NCBI GenBank assembly: GCA_963704165.1
Contig: CAVPHD010000011.1
Location: 64,001 to 128,000 of the forward strand
Direction: 5' to 3'
Source of the DNA: an uncultured delta proteobacterium
GTDB lineage: Bacteria > Myxococcota_A > UBA9160 > SZUA-336
Length of the DNA stretch: 64,000 bases
The notes under the pieces are model-generated. The model was not told the DNA's origin and did no database searches. It worked only from the letters and a program-made list of their open reading frames with translations. Both the position numbers and the translations under genes were made by a program. Shown here piece by piece: positions 22,166 to 36,359 of this stretch. Position 1 is the first letter of the stretch; every line of letters starts with the position of its first letter.

Positions 22166-23753
22166 TCACGCGGCCGGCAGGAAGACCCGCACCGTCGTGC
22201 CCTTGTCGCGCTCGCTTGCCACGGCGATGCGTCCGCCGTGCGCCTCGACGACGCGCTGCACCGTCGCGAGACCGAGCCCCGTGCCCTTCGGCTTGGTGGT
22301 GAAGAACGGCTCGAAGAGACGATCGAGCGCGTCGGGCGCGAAGCCGCAGCCGCGATCCTCGACGCAGATCTCGATCTCGCGCAGGAGCGCGTCACCGGCG
22401 GCGCGCACGCGCACGACGCCATCGTCCGGCTTGCTTTCGGCCGCGTTTCTCATCAGGTTCCAGAACACCTGACGGAGCTGATCGGAGTTTCCCCGCACGC
22501 AGAGACCGGCGGGAATCGAGAGCTCGAGCTCGACCGCGCAAGCGTCGTCGCGATCGAGCAGCGCGCGCAGCTCCTCGAAGAGCGGAGCGAGCTCGACCGG
22601 CTCGAAACGCCCGGGGCCCGGGCGCGCGTAGGTCAGGAAGTCCGTGACGAGCCGATTCAGTCGAGCGGTTTCACGCCGTACGATCTGGGACAGAGTCTGC
22701 GAGTTCGCGTCGCCGCTCGGCAGGTCCGACGTCAAGAGCTCGATCGCACCCGACAGGGACGCGAGCGGGTTTCGGATCTCGTGCGCGAGCCCTGCCGCGA
22801 GCTGCCCGACCGCACCCAGGCGCTCGCTCCGCCGGAGCTCCTCCTCCATCTCGACCACGCGCGTCAGGTCCTGGAAGATCACGATCGCACCGTCGGTGTG
22901 CCCGTCCGGATCGCGGAGCGCCGACACCGACATTCCCAGGTGCAATCGCCGGCCATCCGCTCGATCGAACTTCACGTGCATCCGCTCCTGCTGGCTGGAT
23001 TCGCCGACCGGTCCGAGAGCGGGAAACATCCGCTCGAGCGCGGAGCCGCGGGCGTCGGCTTCGCTGCCAGCCCGTGATCCGCTCCGCCTCGCGGTTGAAC
23101 GAGCTGATGATTCCGTCCCGTCCCACCGTCAGCAGTCCCGACGAGACGTTGTCGACGATCCGGCGGTGGATCTCACCGAGCTCGTGCAGCTCGCGGCGTC
23201 CGGCCTGCACTTCGACGGCCAGCCGCCGCGAGAGCATCGCGACCGCGAGATAGGCGAGCGCGTGGCCCACCACCGATGTGGCAGCCGCGTCGCGATCGAC
23301 GACGGGTTCACCATCGAAGGCCGGCATCCAGCCCGCCGCCGGTCCCCAGACGACGACGGTGTAGGCCACCACCGCACTCGTGCAGGCAAGCAGCGCGCCG
23401 CGCGATCCCAGCGTGAGTGCGGCATACACGATCCAGACCAGGAACAGGAAACCGAACACCGAGTGCGCCCCGCCCGCGCAGTAGACGAAGCCGGAGATCA
23501 GCAGCGCGTCGCCGGCCAGCTCGAAGAGATGGAGACGGGTCGACCGACCCCAGGCGGCGAGCGCGCCGTAGGCCAGCGCGAGCAGGAAACCGGCGAGCAC
23601 CAGCGCGTACAGCGCCTCGAGCTCGCGCTCGGAGTACGCGTCGCTGCCGCGCACCTGCGTGATCACGCAGAGCGTGAAGATCGCCGCCAGCGCGGCAAGC
23701 CTCGTCGCGAAGGCGCTGACCGGGAGCGCCGTGCGTGGCGAGGCCTCGAACAT
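22166..23753 (-). CDS. pilS: Sensor histidine kinase PilS, frameshifted near 23067
   Basis: TM N-terminus, PAS (IVDNVSSGLLTV..FNREAERITG), AGLAHEIRNPL, FFTTK..GTGLGL. Confidence 0.87.
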
Positions 23754-23758
23754 CCGCG

Positions 23759-24968
23759 CTAGTTGACGGCGTCTGCGATCTTGAAGATCGGAAGGTACAT
23801 GGCGACCAGCAGCGCACCGATCGACCCACCGAGCCCCACCATCAGCAGCGGTTCCAGCAGCGACGTCAGCGCGTCGACGGCCGCATCGACCTCGTCGTCG
23901 TAGAAGTCGGCGATCTTGCGCGAGCATCGCGTCCATGGCACCGGTCTGCTCGCCGACCGCGATCATCTGGACGACCATGCCCGGGAAGACCTTCGAGCCC
24001 TGGAGGGGTTCGGCGATCGTCTTGCCTTCGGCGATCGAGCCCTTCGTGCGCAGGATCTCGCGCTCGACGACCACGTTACCCGCGGTCCGCGCGACGATCT
24101 CGAGCGCGTCGAGAATCGGGACTCCCGACGAGAGCATGGTCGAAAGCGTCCGCGAGAAGCGCGCGACCGCCACCTTCTGCAAGAGCGTCCCGAAGATCGG
24201 CATCTTCAGGAAGACGCCGTCGAGAACAGCACGGCCGCCGGCGGTCGCGTACACGCGCTTGAACGCGTAGACGAGCGCCACGACGCCTCCGATCATGTAG
24301 AAGATCCACTCCTGCATGAAGTGCGAGACGTTGATGACCATCTGCGTCGGCGCGGGCAACACGCCACCGAAGTCCGAGAACATCTTCTCGAAGACGGGAA
24401 TGACCTTCACCAGCATGACCACGACGACGAGTATGGCGATCACCGTGACCGACGCCGGGTAGACCATCGCCGACTTCACCTTTCGGCGGAGCGCTTCGTT
24501 CTTCTCGAGATACGCCGCGAGCCGGTTCAGGATCGTGTCGAGAATGCCGCCGACCTCGCCGGCCGCGACGAGATTCACGTACAAGCGGTCGAAGACCTTC
24601 ACGTGCTTGCCGAGGGCGTCGGAGAACGTCGCGCCGCTCTCCACGTCGGACTTGATCTGCAGGATGATCTTCTTGAAGGCGATGTTCTCCTGCTGGGTTC
24701 CGAGGATGTCCAGGCACTGCACGAGCGGCAGACCGGCGTCGATCATCGTCGCGAACTGCCGGGTGAACATGACCAGATCCTTGGTCGTCGGCTTCTTCTG
24801 CAGCATCGGAAAGATCTCGGAGAGATCCTTCGGCTTCGGCTTGACCGTCGTCGGAGTGATCGCCTGCGCCCGCAACGTGGCCATCGCCCCGTCGACGTCG
24901 TTCGCCACGATCACGCCTTTCTTCGAAAGACCGTCGCGCGTCTTGCCTGCCCAGTTGAATGTCGGCAT
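23759..24968 (-). CDS. pilC: Type IV pilus platform protein PilC, frameshifted near 23920
   Basis: FTRQFATMIDAGLPLVQCL, GEVGGILD, KSAMVYP, GEQTG; the C-terminal KIADFYDDEVD...MYLPIF is in another frame. Confidence 0.93.
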
Positions 24969-24988
24969 ATGCCCTCCCGCTCGCGCGG

Positions 24989-26086
<1,098 letters not shown>

Positions 26087-26093
26087 CGCCTTC

Positions 26094-27794
<1,701 letters not shown>

Positions 27795-27859
27795 CGCACC
27801 CCTCCGCCGCGTCGGATCCGTCTCACGCGAATCCCGAGAAGACCCGGGTTTGCGCTGAG

Positions 27860-27887
27860 TTATCGGTGGGGGTCGGAGCCAGCTTTA
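27860..27887 (-). promoter_or_regulatory. sigma28-like promoter of the pilBTCSR operon
   Basis: Minus strand TAAA-N16-ACCGATAA. Confidence 0.7.
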
Positions 27888-28939
27888 CCGAGTCGGGGGG
27901 CGATCAGCAGGCCGAGGCGGGCGCCGCTCTGCACCGCGATCACGGAGCCGATCAGCGTCACCGGGAGCCAATAGGCGAGGTGGACGACGGTTCCGTAGGC
28001 CACGGCGACCGATCGCCCCACGCCGAACAGGCCGAGCGCCTCGCGGCAGGCGAAGTGGAATACGCCGAAGAAGCCCGGCGCGGACGGCGCCGCGACCGCG
28101 AGCGCGACGAAGACGTTGGTCGTGAACGTCGCGAGCAGGAGCTCGCGGAACGAGAGCTCGATCCCGAAAGCGAGAATCCCGAGCAGGAAGGGCGCCGGCA
28201 GGACGACGGTCCAGAGCAGCGCGCTGTGCAGGATGACCCGCGAGGTCGCCCGAAATCCGCGCAGGCCCGCGAGCCCGCGACACACCTCCGCGGTCAGACC
28301 CATCACGCGCTCGCGCAGCGCGATCGGAAACAGACGGAGAGCCCCGTCCAGAAGCGCGAGCGTTCCGCGCTCGTTCACGCGCAGCGCGATGATCAGTGCG
28401 ATCGGAAGGAACGTGAGGACCGCGAAGATTCCAGCGCCGGAGCTCACCCAGACGGGCATGGCCTTGGCGTGCAGCAGGAGCACGATCCCGCCCATGACCG
28501 ACACACAGGTGAAATCGATCGCGCGCTCGAGCACGAGCGTGCCCAGCGCCGCCGCGCCGCTGACCTCCGTCTCCTGCGCGAGAAGCCAGGGCCGCGCGAG
28601 CTCGCCGAGGCGGAACGGCAGCACGTTCACGGCCATGAACGCGAGAGCGGTCGCGCGGAAGAGCGAGCGCAGCGGCAACGGAGCGGGCGCGAGCGTGAGC
28701 GAGAGCCAACGCCAGCGCAGAGCACGCAGCCACAGCCCGGCGACGTGAAATGGCAGCATCGCGAGCACGATCCACGGATCCGCGTCACCGATGTGCGTCG
28801 CGACGTCGCGAAGATCGACGTCGTGCAGCGTGTAGACGATCGCGGCCACGGGAATGCCGACGCCGAGCCAGATCCGCCAGTCGAGGACGGAGCGCATCCC
28901 GATGGATCGCTCGCCTCGGGATCCGGGGGTGGGACTCAA
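27860..28939 (-). CDS. Lysylphosphatidylglycerol synthase TM / flippase-like membrane protein
   Basis: LRALRWRWL, NVLPFRLGELAR, LVLERAID, PSAPGFFGVF. Confidence 0.85.
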   Translation of the reverse strand: MSPTPGSRGERSIGMRSVLDWRIWLGVGIPVAAIVYTLHDVDLRDVATHIGDADPWIVLAMLPFHVAGLWLRALRWRWLSLTLAPAPLPLRSLFRATALAFMAVNVLPFRLGELARPWLLAQETEVSGAAALGTLVLERAIDFTCVSVMGGIVLLLHAKAMPVWVSSGAGIFAVLTFLPIALIIALRVNERGTLALLDGALRLFPIALRERVMGLTAEVCRGLAGLRGFRATSRVILHSALLWTVVLPAPFLLGILAFGIELSFRELLLATFTTNVFVALAVAAPSAPGFFGVFHFACREALGLFGVGRSVAVAYGTVVHLAYWLPVTLIGSVIAVQSGARLGLLIAPRLGKAGSDPHR

Positions 28940-29886
28940 GCGGACTCGGCCACGAGCGCGCGGCGCGCCTCTGCGGCGTCGAGCGCGATCTGGCGCGCCA
29001 GCTCGTCGGGACCCGCGAAGCGCCGCTCCGCTCGCAGCCGCTTCTCGAAAGCGACCGAAACGCGCCGGCCGTAGAGATCTCCGTCGAAGTCGAGAAGGTG
29101 GGTCTCGGCCAGGATGCGCCCGGGCTCGAACGTCGGCCGCGTGCCGATGTTCGTGACGGCGGAATGCCAGACCGCCCCGGGTCGATCCCCGTCTAGAAAC
29201 GCCACGCGCGTCGCGTAGACGCCGTTGGCGGGCAGGAGCTCGCTCTCCGGTTCCAGATTCGCGGTCGGAAAGCCCAGCGTCCGACCCCGCCGCTCGCCTT
29301 CGACCACGCGGCCCCAGACGACATAGGCACGCCCGAGACAGCGCATCGCCTCTTCGACGTCGCCGCGCAGAAGCGAACTCCGCACGCGCGTACTCGACAC
29401 ATCTTCACCGTCGACCCGTACCTGGCCGATGATCTCCACGCGGATTCCGAGCTCGCGGGCGCTCGCGCGAAGCCAGTCGCCGGAGCCCGCCCTGCCCTTC
29501 CCGAAATGGAAGTCGCGGCCGACGAAGACCTCGGCCGGGCCGATTCGATTCGCGATCACGTCGCGCACGAACTCGTCCGGGGAGAGCGCGGCAAATGCGG
29601 GCGTGAACGCCTCCCGGACCAGAAGCTCGATTCCCCGAGCCGCGAGCCCGACGCTGAGCTGCTCGCGCGTCATCAAGCGGGGCTGCGGCTGATCGGGAAA
29701 GAGCACGCGCCGCGGGTGCGGGTCGAAGGTGTACAGCGCTGCCCTTCGGCCGAGCGTCGATGCACGCGACAGCACGGCATCGAGCAACGCCTGATGGCCG
29801 AGGTGCAGACCGTCGAAATTCCCCACGGTGAGCACGCAGCCACGGACCGACCCGTCGACCGAGCCACTTCCCTCGAAGACGCGCAT
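28936..29886 (-). CDS. ribF: Riboflavin kinase / FAD synthetase
   Basis: GNFDGLHLGHQ, TFDPHP, GRTLGFPTAN, NIGTRPTF. Confidence 0.97.
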   Translation of the reverse strand: MRVFEGSGSVDGSVRGCVLTVGNFDGLHLGHQALLDAVLSRASTLGRRAALYTFDPHPRRVLFPDQPQPRLMTREQLSVGLAARGIELLVREAFTPAFAALSPDEFVRDVIANRIGPAEVFVGRDFHFGKGRAGSGDWLRASARELGIRVEIIGQVRVDGEDVSSTRVRSSLLRGDVEEAMRCLGRAYVVWGRVVEGERRGRTLGFPTANLEPESELLPANGVYATRVAFLDGDRPGAVWHSAVTNIGTRPTFEPGRILAETHLLDFDGDLYGRRVSVAFEKRLRAERRFAGPDELARQIALDAAEARRALVAESA

Positions 29887-29964
29887 GCGGCCTCATTCTT
29901 AGGGACTCCACCCTGGGGTTGCAACGGCACGGTCGTCGGACCAAGAGACGCTATGCTGACCCGC

Positions 29965-31038
29965 GTGCGGATCATCTCCCGATACCTGCTTCGCGACTTC
30001 GCCGGGACCTCCGCTGCCGTGCTCTTCGGTCTCCTCGTGATGTGGGCGGCGGCCGACATCCTGCTCCATGTGGATGAGCTGGCCGGGAATCTCGGACGCG
30101 GACTGCGCGATGCCGCGCTGCGAGGCTTTCCGGTGCTGCCGGTCGCGGTTCCGATCTCGTGCGTCGTGGGTGCAGTCCTCTGTCTCGCTCGGGCCGCCCG
30201 GAACTCCGAGCTCGCGGCGATCCGGACGGGTGGCATCCGCCTGCAGTCCGCACTCGTCCCGATCCTGCTCGCCTGTGCGCTGGTCGCGATCGGCCTGGCC
30301 TTTCTCGAAGACCGCGTGCTCCTGCCGGCACGCGCCGTACTCGAACACGGCCGCGACCAGGACGGAAGCGAGCGGGTGCGCACGCCCGAGCGGCGCCTCG
30401 ACCGCTGGTGGTTCGCCTCCGGAGCTTCGATCTTCTCCGCCGCGAGCTACGACCGGAAGGAGCGCGTGCTCCGGGACGTGACCGTGTTCCGCTTCGACGA
30501 TACACGCGCCATTCGCGAGAGAATCGACGCGAAGAGCGCGGCGAACCTGGTGGGAGACACCTGGGAGATCCGTGAAGCGAATGTGCTCGAGTTCTCGGCG
30601 GGTGGCGGTATCGGCCGTCGAAGCGCGATCGCCCTTCGCCTCGATCTCGGCATCAGCAGCCGCGAGATGGAGCGCGCCTCGCGCCAGCCGGGCTGGATGA
30701 CCCTTCACCAGCTCGCCCGGCAGATCCGCAAGAGTGCGGGAGATGCCGCCGAGGTCACGAAGCTGGAGCTCGCCTTTCACAGCCGGCTCGCGCAGAACTT
30801 CTCCGTTCTGATCGTCGTCTTGCTCGCGCTGCCCTTCGCGGCCGGAGACGCGCGCGGCGAGTCGCTCCCGCGCGCACTGCTGCTCTCGCTTCTCGCGGCC
30901 GCGGGTTTCTGGCTCGCGTGGACGCTCGCGGTGCTCCTCGGTGGAGGCGGCGCGGTTCCGCCGGCCATCCCCATCTGGGGGGTGACGCTCGCGGCACTCG
31001 CCTTCGGCTACCTGCGCTTCAGAACCATCCCGGAATGA
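29965..31038 (+). CDS. lptG: LptF/LptG family LPS export permease
   Basis: MRIISRYLLRDF, NSELAAIRTGGI, three TM helices + periplasmic domain + three TM helices; start GTG 29965 or ATG 29953. Confidence 0.8.
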   Translation: MRIISRYLLRDFAGTSAAVLFGLLVMWAAADILLHVDELAGNLGRGLRDAALRGFPVLPVAVPISCVVGAVLCLARAARNSELAAIRTGGIRLQSALVPILLACALVAIGLAFLEDRVLLPARAVLEHGRDQDGSERVRTPERRLDRWWFASGASIFSAASYDRKERVLRDVTVFRFDDTRAIRERIDAKSAANLVGDTWEIREANVLEFSAGGGIGRRSAIALRLDLGISSREMERASRQPGWMTLHQLARQIRKSAGDAAEVTKLELAFHSRLAQNFSVLIVVLLALPFAAGDARGESLPRALLLSLLAAAGFWLAWTLAVLLGGGGAVPPAIPIWGVTLAALAFGYLRFRTIPE

Positions 31039-31041
31039 GAA

Positions 31042-31947
31042 TCAGGGCTTCTCGGCCGTGGGCGCGCGCGGATCGAAGAGGTACTTGAGAAAGCTCGATC
31101 CGCGAGAGAGCACGAGCATGGTCTCTCCGTCGAGCGACTTCCGGTACGCCTCCAGGCTACGCACGAAGGTGTAGAACTCGGGGTCCGCACCGTAGACGTC
31201 GGCATACGTTCGCGCCGCCTCTGCGTCGCCCTCTCCGCGCAGACGCAGGGACTCGCGCTCGGCCTCCGCCAGGATCACCAGACTCTCGGCCTCGGCCTGC
31301 GAACGGATTCCGCGCGCCTGCTGCTCGCCCTCGGCGCGGAACTTCAACGCGAACCGGCTTCGCTCGGTGCGCATGCGCTCGTAGACGCGCCCGATGTTCG
31401 CCTCGGGATAGATCGCCCCGCCGATGCGCACTTCGACCACCGAGATCCCGAGCGGCTCGAGCGCCGCTGCCGCCCCGGCGGTGATCTCGCGCTCGACGGC
31501 ATCTCGCCGATCCGAGAGCAGGTCGGGCAGCGTGTGTTGATTCACCGTCTCGCGCACCTCGCTGTAGCTGAGCTCGTCGATTCGCTGCAGGGCCGCGGCT
31601 TCGCTGCGATTGGACTCGAAGAACCGTTGCGGATTCGAGATCCGCCAGATCACGAAGTAGTCGAGATCGACGAGCGTGCGATCGACGGTGTTCAGCGAAT
31701 GCGGGGTCGAGTGGAAGTGCAGGTTGCGCCGCTCGTACCGGTAGAACTCGTGCAGGAACGGCACCCGCAGGTACCAGCCCGGCTCGAGCAGGTTCGCCTG
31801 ATTCAGCGAGATGCCGAAGAGGCTCGGTTCGGGCTCGTTCAATAGCGTGCGGAACGCCTGCTCACGCTCGTCGAGGATGACGACACAGAAAAGCGACACA
31901 ACGGCCAGCGTGAGCGCGACCAGGAGGATCGCCAGCCAGCGGCTCAT
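31042..31947 (-). CDS. hflC: FtsH modulator HflC
   Basis: SPFH domain, VYERMRTER, FRAEGE, DPEFYTFVRSLEAY. Confidence 0.92.
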   Translation of the reverse strand: MSRWLAILLVALTLAVVSLFCVVILDEREQAFRTLLNEPEPSLFGISLNQANLLEPGWYLRVPFLHEFYRYERRNLHFHSTPHSLNTVDRTLVDLDYFVIWRISNPQRFFESNRSEAAALQRIDELSYSEVRETVNQHTLPDLLSDRRDAVEREITAGAAAALEPLGISVVEVRIGGAIYPEANIGRVYERMRTERSRFALKFRAEGEQQARGIRSQAEAESLVILAEAERESLRLRGEGDAEAARTYADVYGADPEFYTFVRSLEAYRKSLDGETMLVLSRGSSFLKYLFDPRAPTAEKP

Positions 31948-32879
31948 TTCGCGCCTCCGCGCCGGTCGAGCGGCAGGTAGGGCACGACGCGCTCGGAGGA
32001 GTCGTCCTCCATGATCACCTTTTCCATCCCGGGCAGGATCTCTTCCATCGTCTCGAGATACAGCCGCTCGCGCGTCACTGCGGGCGCGCGCTGATACTCG
32101 ACGAGCAGCGCCGCGAAGCGCAAGACCTGCCCCTGTGCTTCGAGGATCCGCTGCTCGCGATAGGCACGGGCCTGGTTCAGGGCTTCCTCTGCCCGCCCGC
32201 GCGCCTCCGGCACCACCTTGTCCGCGTACCCTTGGGCTTCGAGCACGGACTTCTCGCGGTCTTGCGCGGCACTGGTGACGTCGGCAAACGCGTCGCGGAC
32301 CGCGGCCGGCGGGTCCACGTCCTGGAGCTGAACGCTCTGCACGCGCACGCCCACGTGGTACTCGTCGAGCAGGGCCTGGAGCTGGACTCGGATGTCGTCC
32401 TGGATCGGCCCGCGCTGCGTCAGGACGAGGTCGACGGGATTCTGGGCGATCACCGCGCGCACGGTCGCGCGCGCGGCGTCCCGGATCACGTCCTGGCGCT
32501 CCTCGGATCGCACCCCGAACAGCCAGTCGCGCAGGTTCGAGATCCGATACTGCACGACGAAATCCACATCGACCAGATTCTCGTCACCGGTCAGCATCGC
32601 CTTCTCTTCCGGATGCTCCTCGATCTCCGCGGGCGGGCCGAGGGACTTCGTGCGGTAGCCGAACTCCTCGCGCAAGGTGGTCGTGACTCGCTGCTTGAAG
32701 ACCGTCTCGATCCCTTGCGCGTGCCACATGAAGCGCCCGGGCTCGATCGTCCGGTCGTAGCGCCCGAGGCGAAGCACGACGGCCTGCTCGTCGGGCGCCA
32801 CGTCGAAGAAGCCCGTCGATGCCCAGACGGCGATCGCGGCCAGGATCACGAGAAGGGGAAGAACCCGAAGAACGCGCAC
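31944..32879 (-). CDS. hflK: FtsH modulator HflK
   Basis: [39 protein letters not shown]. Confidence 0.93.
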   Translation of the reverse strand: MRVLRVLPLLVILAAIAVWASTGFFDVAPDEQAVVLRLGRYDRTIEPGRFMWHAQGIETVFKQRVTTTLREEFGYRTKSLGPPAEIEEHPEEKAMLTGDENLVDVDFVVQYRISNLRDWLFGVRSEERQDVIRDAARATVRAVIAQNPVDLVLTQRGPIQDDIRVQLQALLDEYHVGVRVQSVQLQDVDPPAAVRDAFADVTSAAQDREKSVLEAQGYADKVVPEARGRAEEALNQARAYREQRILEAQGQVLRFAALLVEYQRAPAVTRERLYLETMEEILPGMEKVIMEDDSSERVVPYLPLDRRGGAK

Positions 32880-32894
32880 GCTCCGCCCCCGTTC

Positions 32895-33659
32895 TCAGCT
32901 CGCCGAGCGCTTGCGCGCGGCGTCGGCGAACGGTGTGAAGAGATCGATCGGCATCGGGAAGAGGATCGTCGAGTTGTGCTCGACGGCGATCTCCGAGAGC
33001 GTCTGCCAGGTAGCGCAGCTGGAGCGTGTAGGGCGACTGCACCATCACGTCCGACGCCTCGCGCAGGCGCTGCGACGCCTCGAACTCGCCCTGCGCGTGG
33101 ATCACCTTCGCGCGTCGCTCGCGCTCGGCCTCGGCCTGCTTGGCCATCGCGCGCTGCATCTCCTGCGGCAGATCGATGTGCTTGATCTCGACCGCGCGGA
33201 CCTTCACGCCCCAGGGATCCGTTCCCCGGTCGAGCTCGCTCTGAAGCTGGTGATTGATGCGCTCTCGGTCGGCGAGCAGATGATCGAGCTCGCACTGACC
33301 GCAGACGCTGCGCAAGGTGGTCTGCGCGAGCTGTGACGTCGCGTACATGAAGTTCTCGACCTTGATGATCGCGTTCTCGGGATGAACGACCCGGAAGTAG
33401 AGCACGGCGTTGACCTTCACCGAGACGTTGTCGCGGGTGATCACGTCCTGCGGAGGCACGTCCATGACCACTTCACGCAGGCTGACCTTGAGCAGCTGGT
33501 CGATGCCAGGGATCACGATCCGGATTCCCGCCCCTTCACCACCTGGAATCGGCCCAGTCGGAACAGCACACCACGCTCCCATTCCGCCAGCACGCGCACC
33601 GCCGAGAAGAGCAGCGCGGCCAGCACGAAGACGGCGATCGCGATCGGTGTGAATCCCAC
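32895..33659 (-). CDS. Slipin / stomatin-like SPFH protein, frameshifted near 33005 and 33545-33575
   Basis: [49 protein letters not shown] spread over frames. Confidence 0.85.
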
Positions 33660-35026
33660 TAGGTCTCTCCTTCTTCGGTCGGCTCGACGCGTCGCACACG
33701 CAGCTCGAGCCCGTTCACGGACAGGATGCGGACCTTCTCGCCCCGGCGCACGGGTTCGTCGGCGACCGCCTTCCAGAGTTCACTGTCGACGAGCACGATT
33801 CCCTCGGGCGAGAGGTCCGTGTCGGCGACGCCCGTCTCGGTCGCGAGGCGCTCGGCGCCGGAGAACGACGGGCGGGCCTGCGCGCGCGTGACGGCGAGCG
33901 CCACCGCCCCGAGCACCGCGGCGAGCGAGAAGAGTGCGGGTACGATGGCGCGCCAGAACGGCAGAGCGAGATCGGTCAGCTCGGGCACGCGGAACACGAG
34001 CCACGCGCCCCACGCGAGCGCGATGATCCCGGCCGTGAAGAGGATCCCGAAGCTTGCGACGTGGATCTCCGCGATCAAGAGCGCAATTCCGCCGATGACG
34101 AGCATCAGTCCGACCCAGTTGAACGGGATCACCTGCAGCGCCGTGGCCGCGAGCAAGAGACAGATCGCGCCGCCAACCCCAGGAAAGATCAGCCCGGGGT
34201 TCTGAAGCTCGACGTACAGACCGAGCACGCCGAGCAGGAAGAGCAGGCCGACGATCTCCGGATCGGCGATCACGGCGAAGAAGCGATTCAGGAAATCCAT
34301 CTCGATCCGCACGGTGCGCGCGTTCTTCGTCTGCAGCGTGACCTCGCGACCGGCCACCTCGACCGTCCGCCCGTCGATCTTCTGCAACAGGTCCTCGAGA
34401 TCGTTCGCGATCACGTCGATCACGTTCTTCTCGAGCGCCTCGGTCGCGTTGATGGCGACCGAGCGGCGCACGGCGTCCGCGGCCCACTCGACGTTGCGCT
34501 TGCGCTCCTGCGCGATCGCCTCGATGAACGCGGTCGTCATGTTCTCGACCTTCTCGTCCATGAAGTCGCCCGGGCGGGACGCTTCCTCGCCCTCGTCCTT
34601 GCCTTCCGCCGGCGCGGCCGGGCGCGGATTCGACTTCCCCAGCGTGACCGGATGCGCGGCGCCGATCGTCGCGCCCGGAGCCATCGCCGCGACGTGTCCC
34701 GCGAGCGTCAGGAAGGTGCCGGCCGATGCCGCCCAGGCGCCGCGTGGCGAGACGAAGACGACGACCGGGATCTCGGCGTTCAGGATCGCCGTGACGATGT
34801 CCTTCGTCGACGACACGAGGCCGCCCGGCGTGTCGAGCTCGATCACGAGCGCGACCGCGCCGTCCGCGGTCGAGGTCTCGAGCGAGCTCGCCACGTAGTC
34901 GCCAATCGCCGGATTGATTCCGCCGTCGATCCGGATCACCGTGACGATCTCGCTCCCGGCGCTCGCGAGCAGGGGAAACGCGACGGCGAGCAGGAACGAG
35001 AGAGCGCGCGCGCGAGCGCGCGTCAT
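33659..35026 (-). CDS. nfeD: NfeD membrane-bound ClpP-class serine protease
   Basis: [30 protein letters not shown] region, C-terminal OB fold (ELWKA). Confidence 0.92.
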   Translation of the reverse strand: MTRARARALSFLLAVAFPLLASAGSEIVTVIRIDGGINPAIGDYVASSLETSTADGAVALVIELDTPGGLVSSTKDIVTAILNAEIPVVVFVSPRGAWAASAGTFLTLAGHVAAMAPGATIGAAHPVTLGKSNPRPAAPAEGKDEGEEASRPGDFMDEKVENMTTAFIEAIAQERKRNVEWAADAVRRSVAINATEALEKNVIDVIANDLEDLLQKIDGRTVEVAGREVTLQTKNARTVRIEMDFLNRFFAVIADPEIVGLLFLLGVLGLYVELQNPGLIFPGVGGAICLLLAATALQVIPFNWVGLMLVIGGIALLIAEIHVASFGILFTAGIIALAWGAWLVFRVPELTDLALPFWRAIVPALFSLAAVLGAVALAVTRAQARPSFSGAERLATETGVADTDLSPEGIVLVDSELWKAVADEPVRRGEKVRILSVNGLELRVRRVEPTEEGET

Positions 35027-36213
35027 CGTTTCCGGACCTCGATCACGCGGTCGAGAATGCTCTCGGCGATCTCGGCCTTCTGCGCGACCGGAATCGAGCG
35101 TACATCCTCGGGGCGCGGCCCGACGATCAGAACCTCGTTGCGATCGACGTCGAAGCCGATGTCGGCGCGGGAGACGTCGTTCGCGACGATCAGGTCACAG
35201 CCCTTTCGCGCGAGCTTGGCGCGGGCGTTCTCGAGCAGATCGTCGGTCTCGGCCGCGAATCCGACGATGGTCCGGCCCTCCCGGCGCATCACGACCTCCG
35301 CGAGGATGTCGGGGTTCTTCACCAGCTCGAGCGTCAGCGCGTCCCGCTTCTCTCGCTTGATCTTGGTGCCCTCGGCGCGAGACGGCGCGTAGTCGGCGAC
35401 CGCGGCAGCGAGGATCGCGATCGTCGCGCGCGGCAGCGCGGCGAGCACCGCCTCGCGCATCTCGATCGCGGTCTCGACGTCGATCCGCTGAACACCCCAC
35501 GGTGTCGGGAGTGCGACGGGACCGGACACGAGCACGACCTCGGCGCCGCGGCGCGCCGCGACTTCGGCGATCGCGAACCCCATCCGTCCCGACGAGCGGT
35601 TCGTGATCACGCGGACCGGGTCGATCGGCTCCGATGTCGGCCCCGCATTCACGAGCACGACTTCGCCGCGGAGCGTCGGCTCGGTGGCGCACTGCTCGAT
35701 CGTCGCGACGACGGCCTCGAGCTCGATCAGCCGTCCCTCTCCGACCCAGCCGCAGGCGAGCTCACCCTCGGCCGGTCCCACGATTCGCGCGCCGCGCTTT
35801 CCGAGCGTGTCGAGATTCGCCTGCGTCGCCGGGTGCCGGAACATGTTGACGTTCATCGCCGGCGCGACGACGAGCGGAGCGCGCGTCGCGAGCGCGACCG
35901 TCGTCAGCAGGTCGTCCGCCAGGCCGTGGGCGAGCTTCGCCAGCACGTTGGCCGTCGCCGGCACGACCGCGAAGACCTGCGCCCAGTCCGCGAGCTCGAT
36001 GTGCGAGATCTCCGACTCGGCGGCGGGCTCGAGCAGTTCGTGGCGCACGGGCGAGCCGGAGAGCGTCTGCAGCGTGAGCCGGGAAACGAACTCGAGCGCG
36101 TTCGCCGTCGCGATCACGCGCACGTCGTGACCGCGAGCGCGCAGCCGTCGAACGAGTTCGCACGCCTTGTAGGCCGCGATCCCGCCTGAGACTGCCATGC
36201 AGATCCGACTCAC
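35023..36213 (-). CDS. coaBC: Phosphopantothenoylcysteine decarboxylase / synthetase
   Basis: SGGIAAYKA, PATANVLAK, PAMNVNM, DPVRVITNRSSGRMG, GFAAET. Confidence 0.97.
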   Translation of the reverse strand: MSRICMAVSGGIAAYKACELVRRLRARGHDVRVIATANALEFVSRLTLQTLSGSPVRHELLEPAAESEISHIELADWAQVFAVVPATANVLAKLAHGLADDLLTTVALATRAPLVVAPAMNVNMFRHPATQANLDTLGKRGARIVGPAEGELACGWVGEGRLIELEAVVATIEQCATEPTLRGEVVLVNAGPTSEPIDPVRVITNRSSGRMGFAIAEVAARRGAEVVLVSGPVALPTPWGVQRIDVETAIEMREAVLAALPRATIAILAAAVADYAPSRAEGTKIKREKRDALTLELVKNPDILAEVVMRREGRTIVGFAAETDDLLENARAKLARKGCDLIVANDVSRADIGFDVDRNEVLIVGPRPEDVRSIPVAQKAEIAESILDRVIEVRKR

Positions 36214-36359
36214 CGAGAACCCCCGCCTACTCGAAATCCCTTTGAATTCCGAGGATTTCCGTGAAACGTAGCTCGGCCTTCCCGAGACTGTCAAACCGCA
36301 CGTAAAGCCTTCGCTCGGGAACCCGAACGGATAGACGGGGAAGCGATCCCGGGGAGTCC

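Noticed and set aside
36303..36329. TAAA-N15-CCCGAACG upstream of the GAF kinase as another regulon site
   Set aside because: It lacks the invariant CCGAT core; kept only as a weak candidate.
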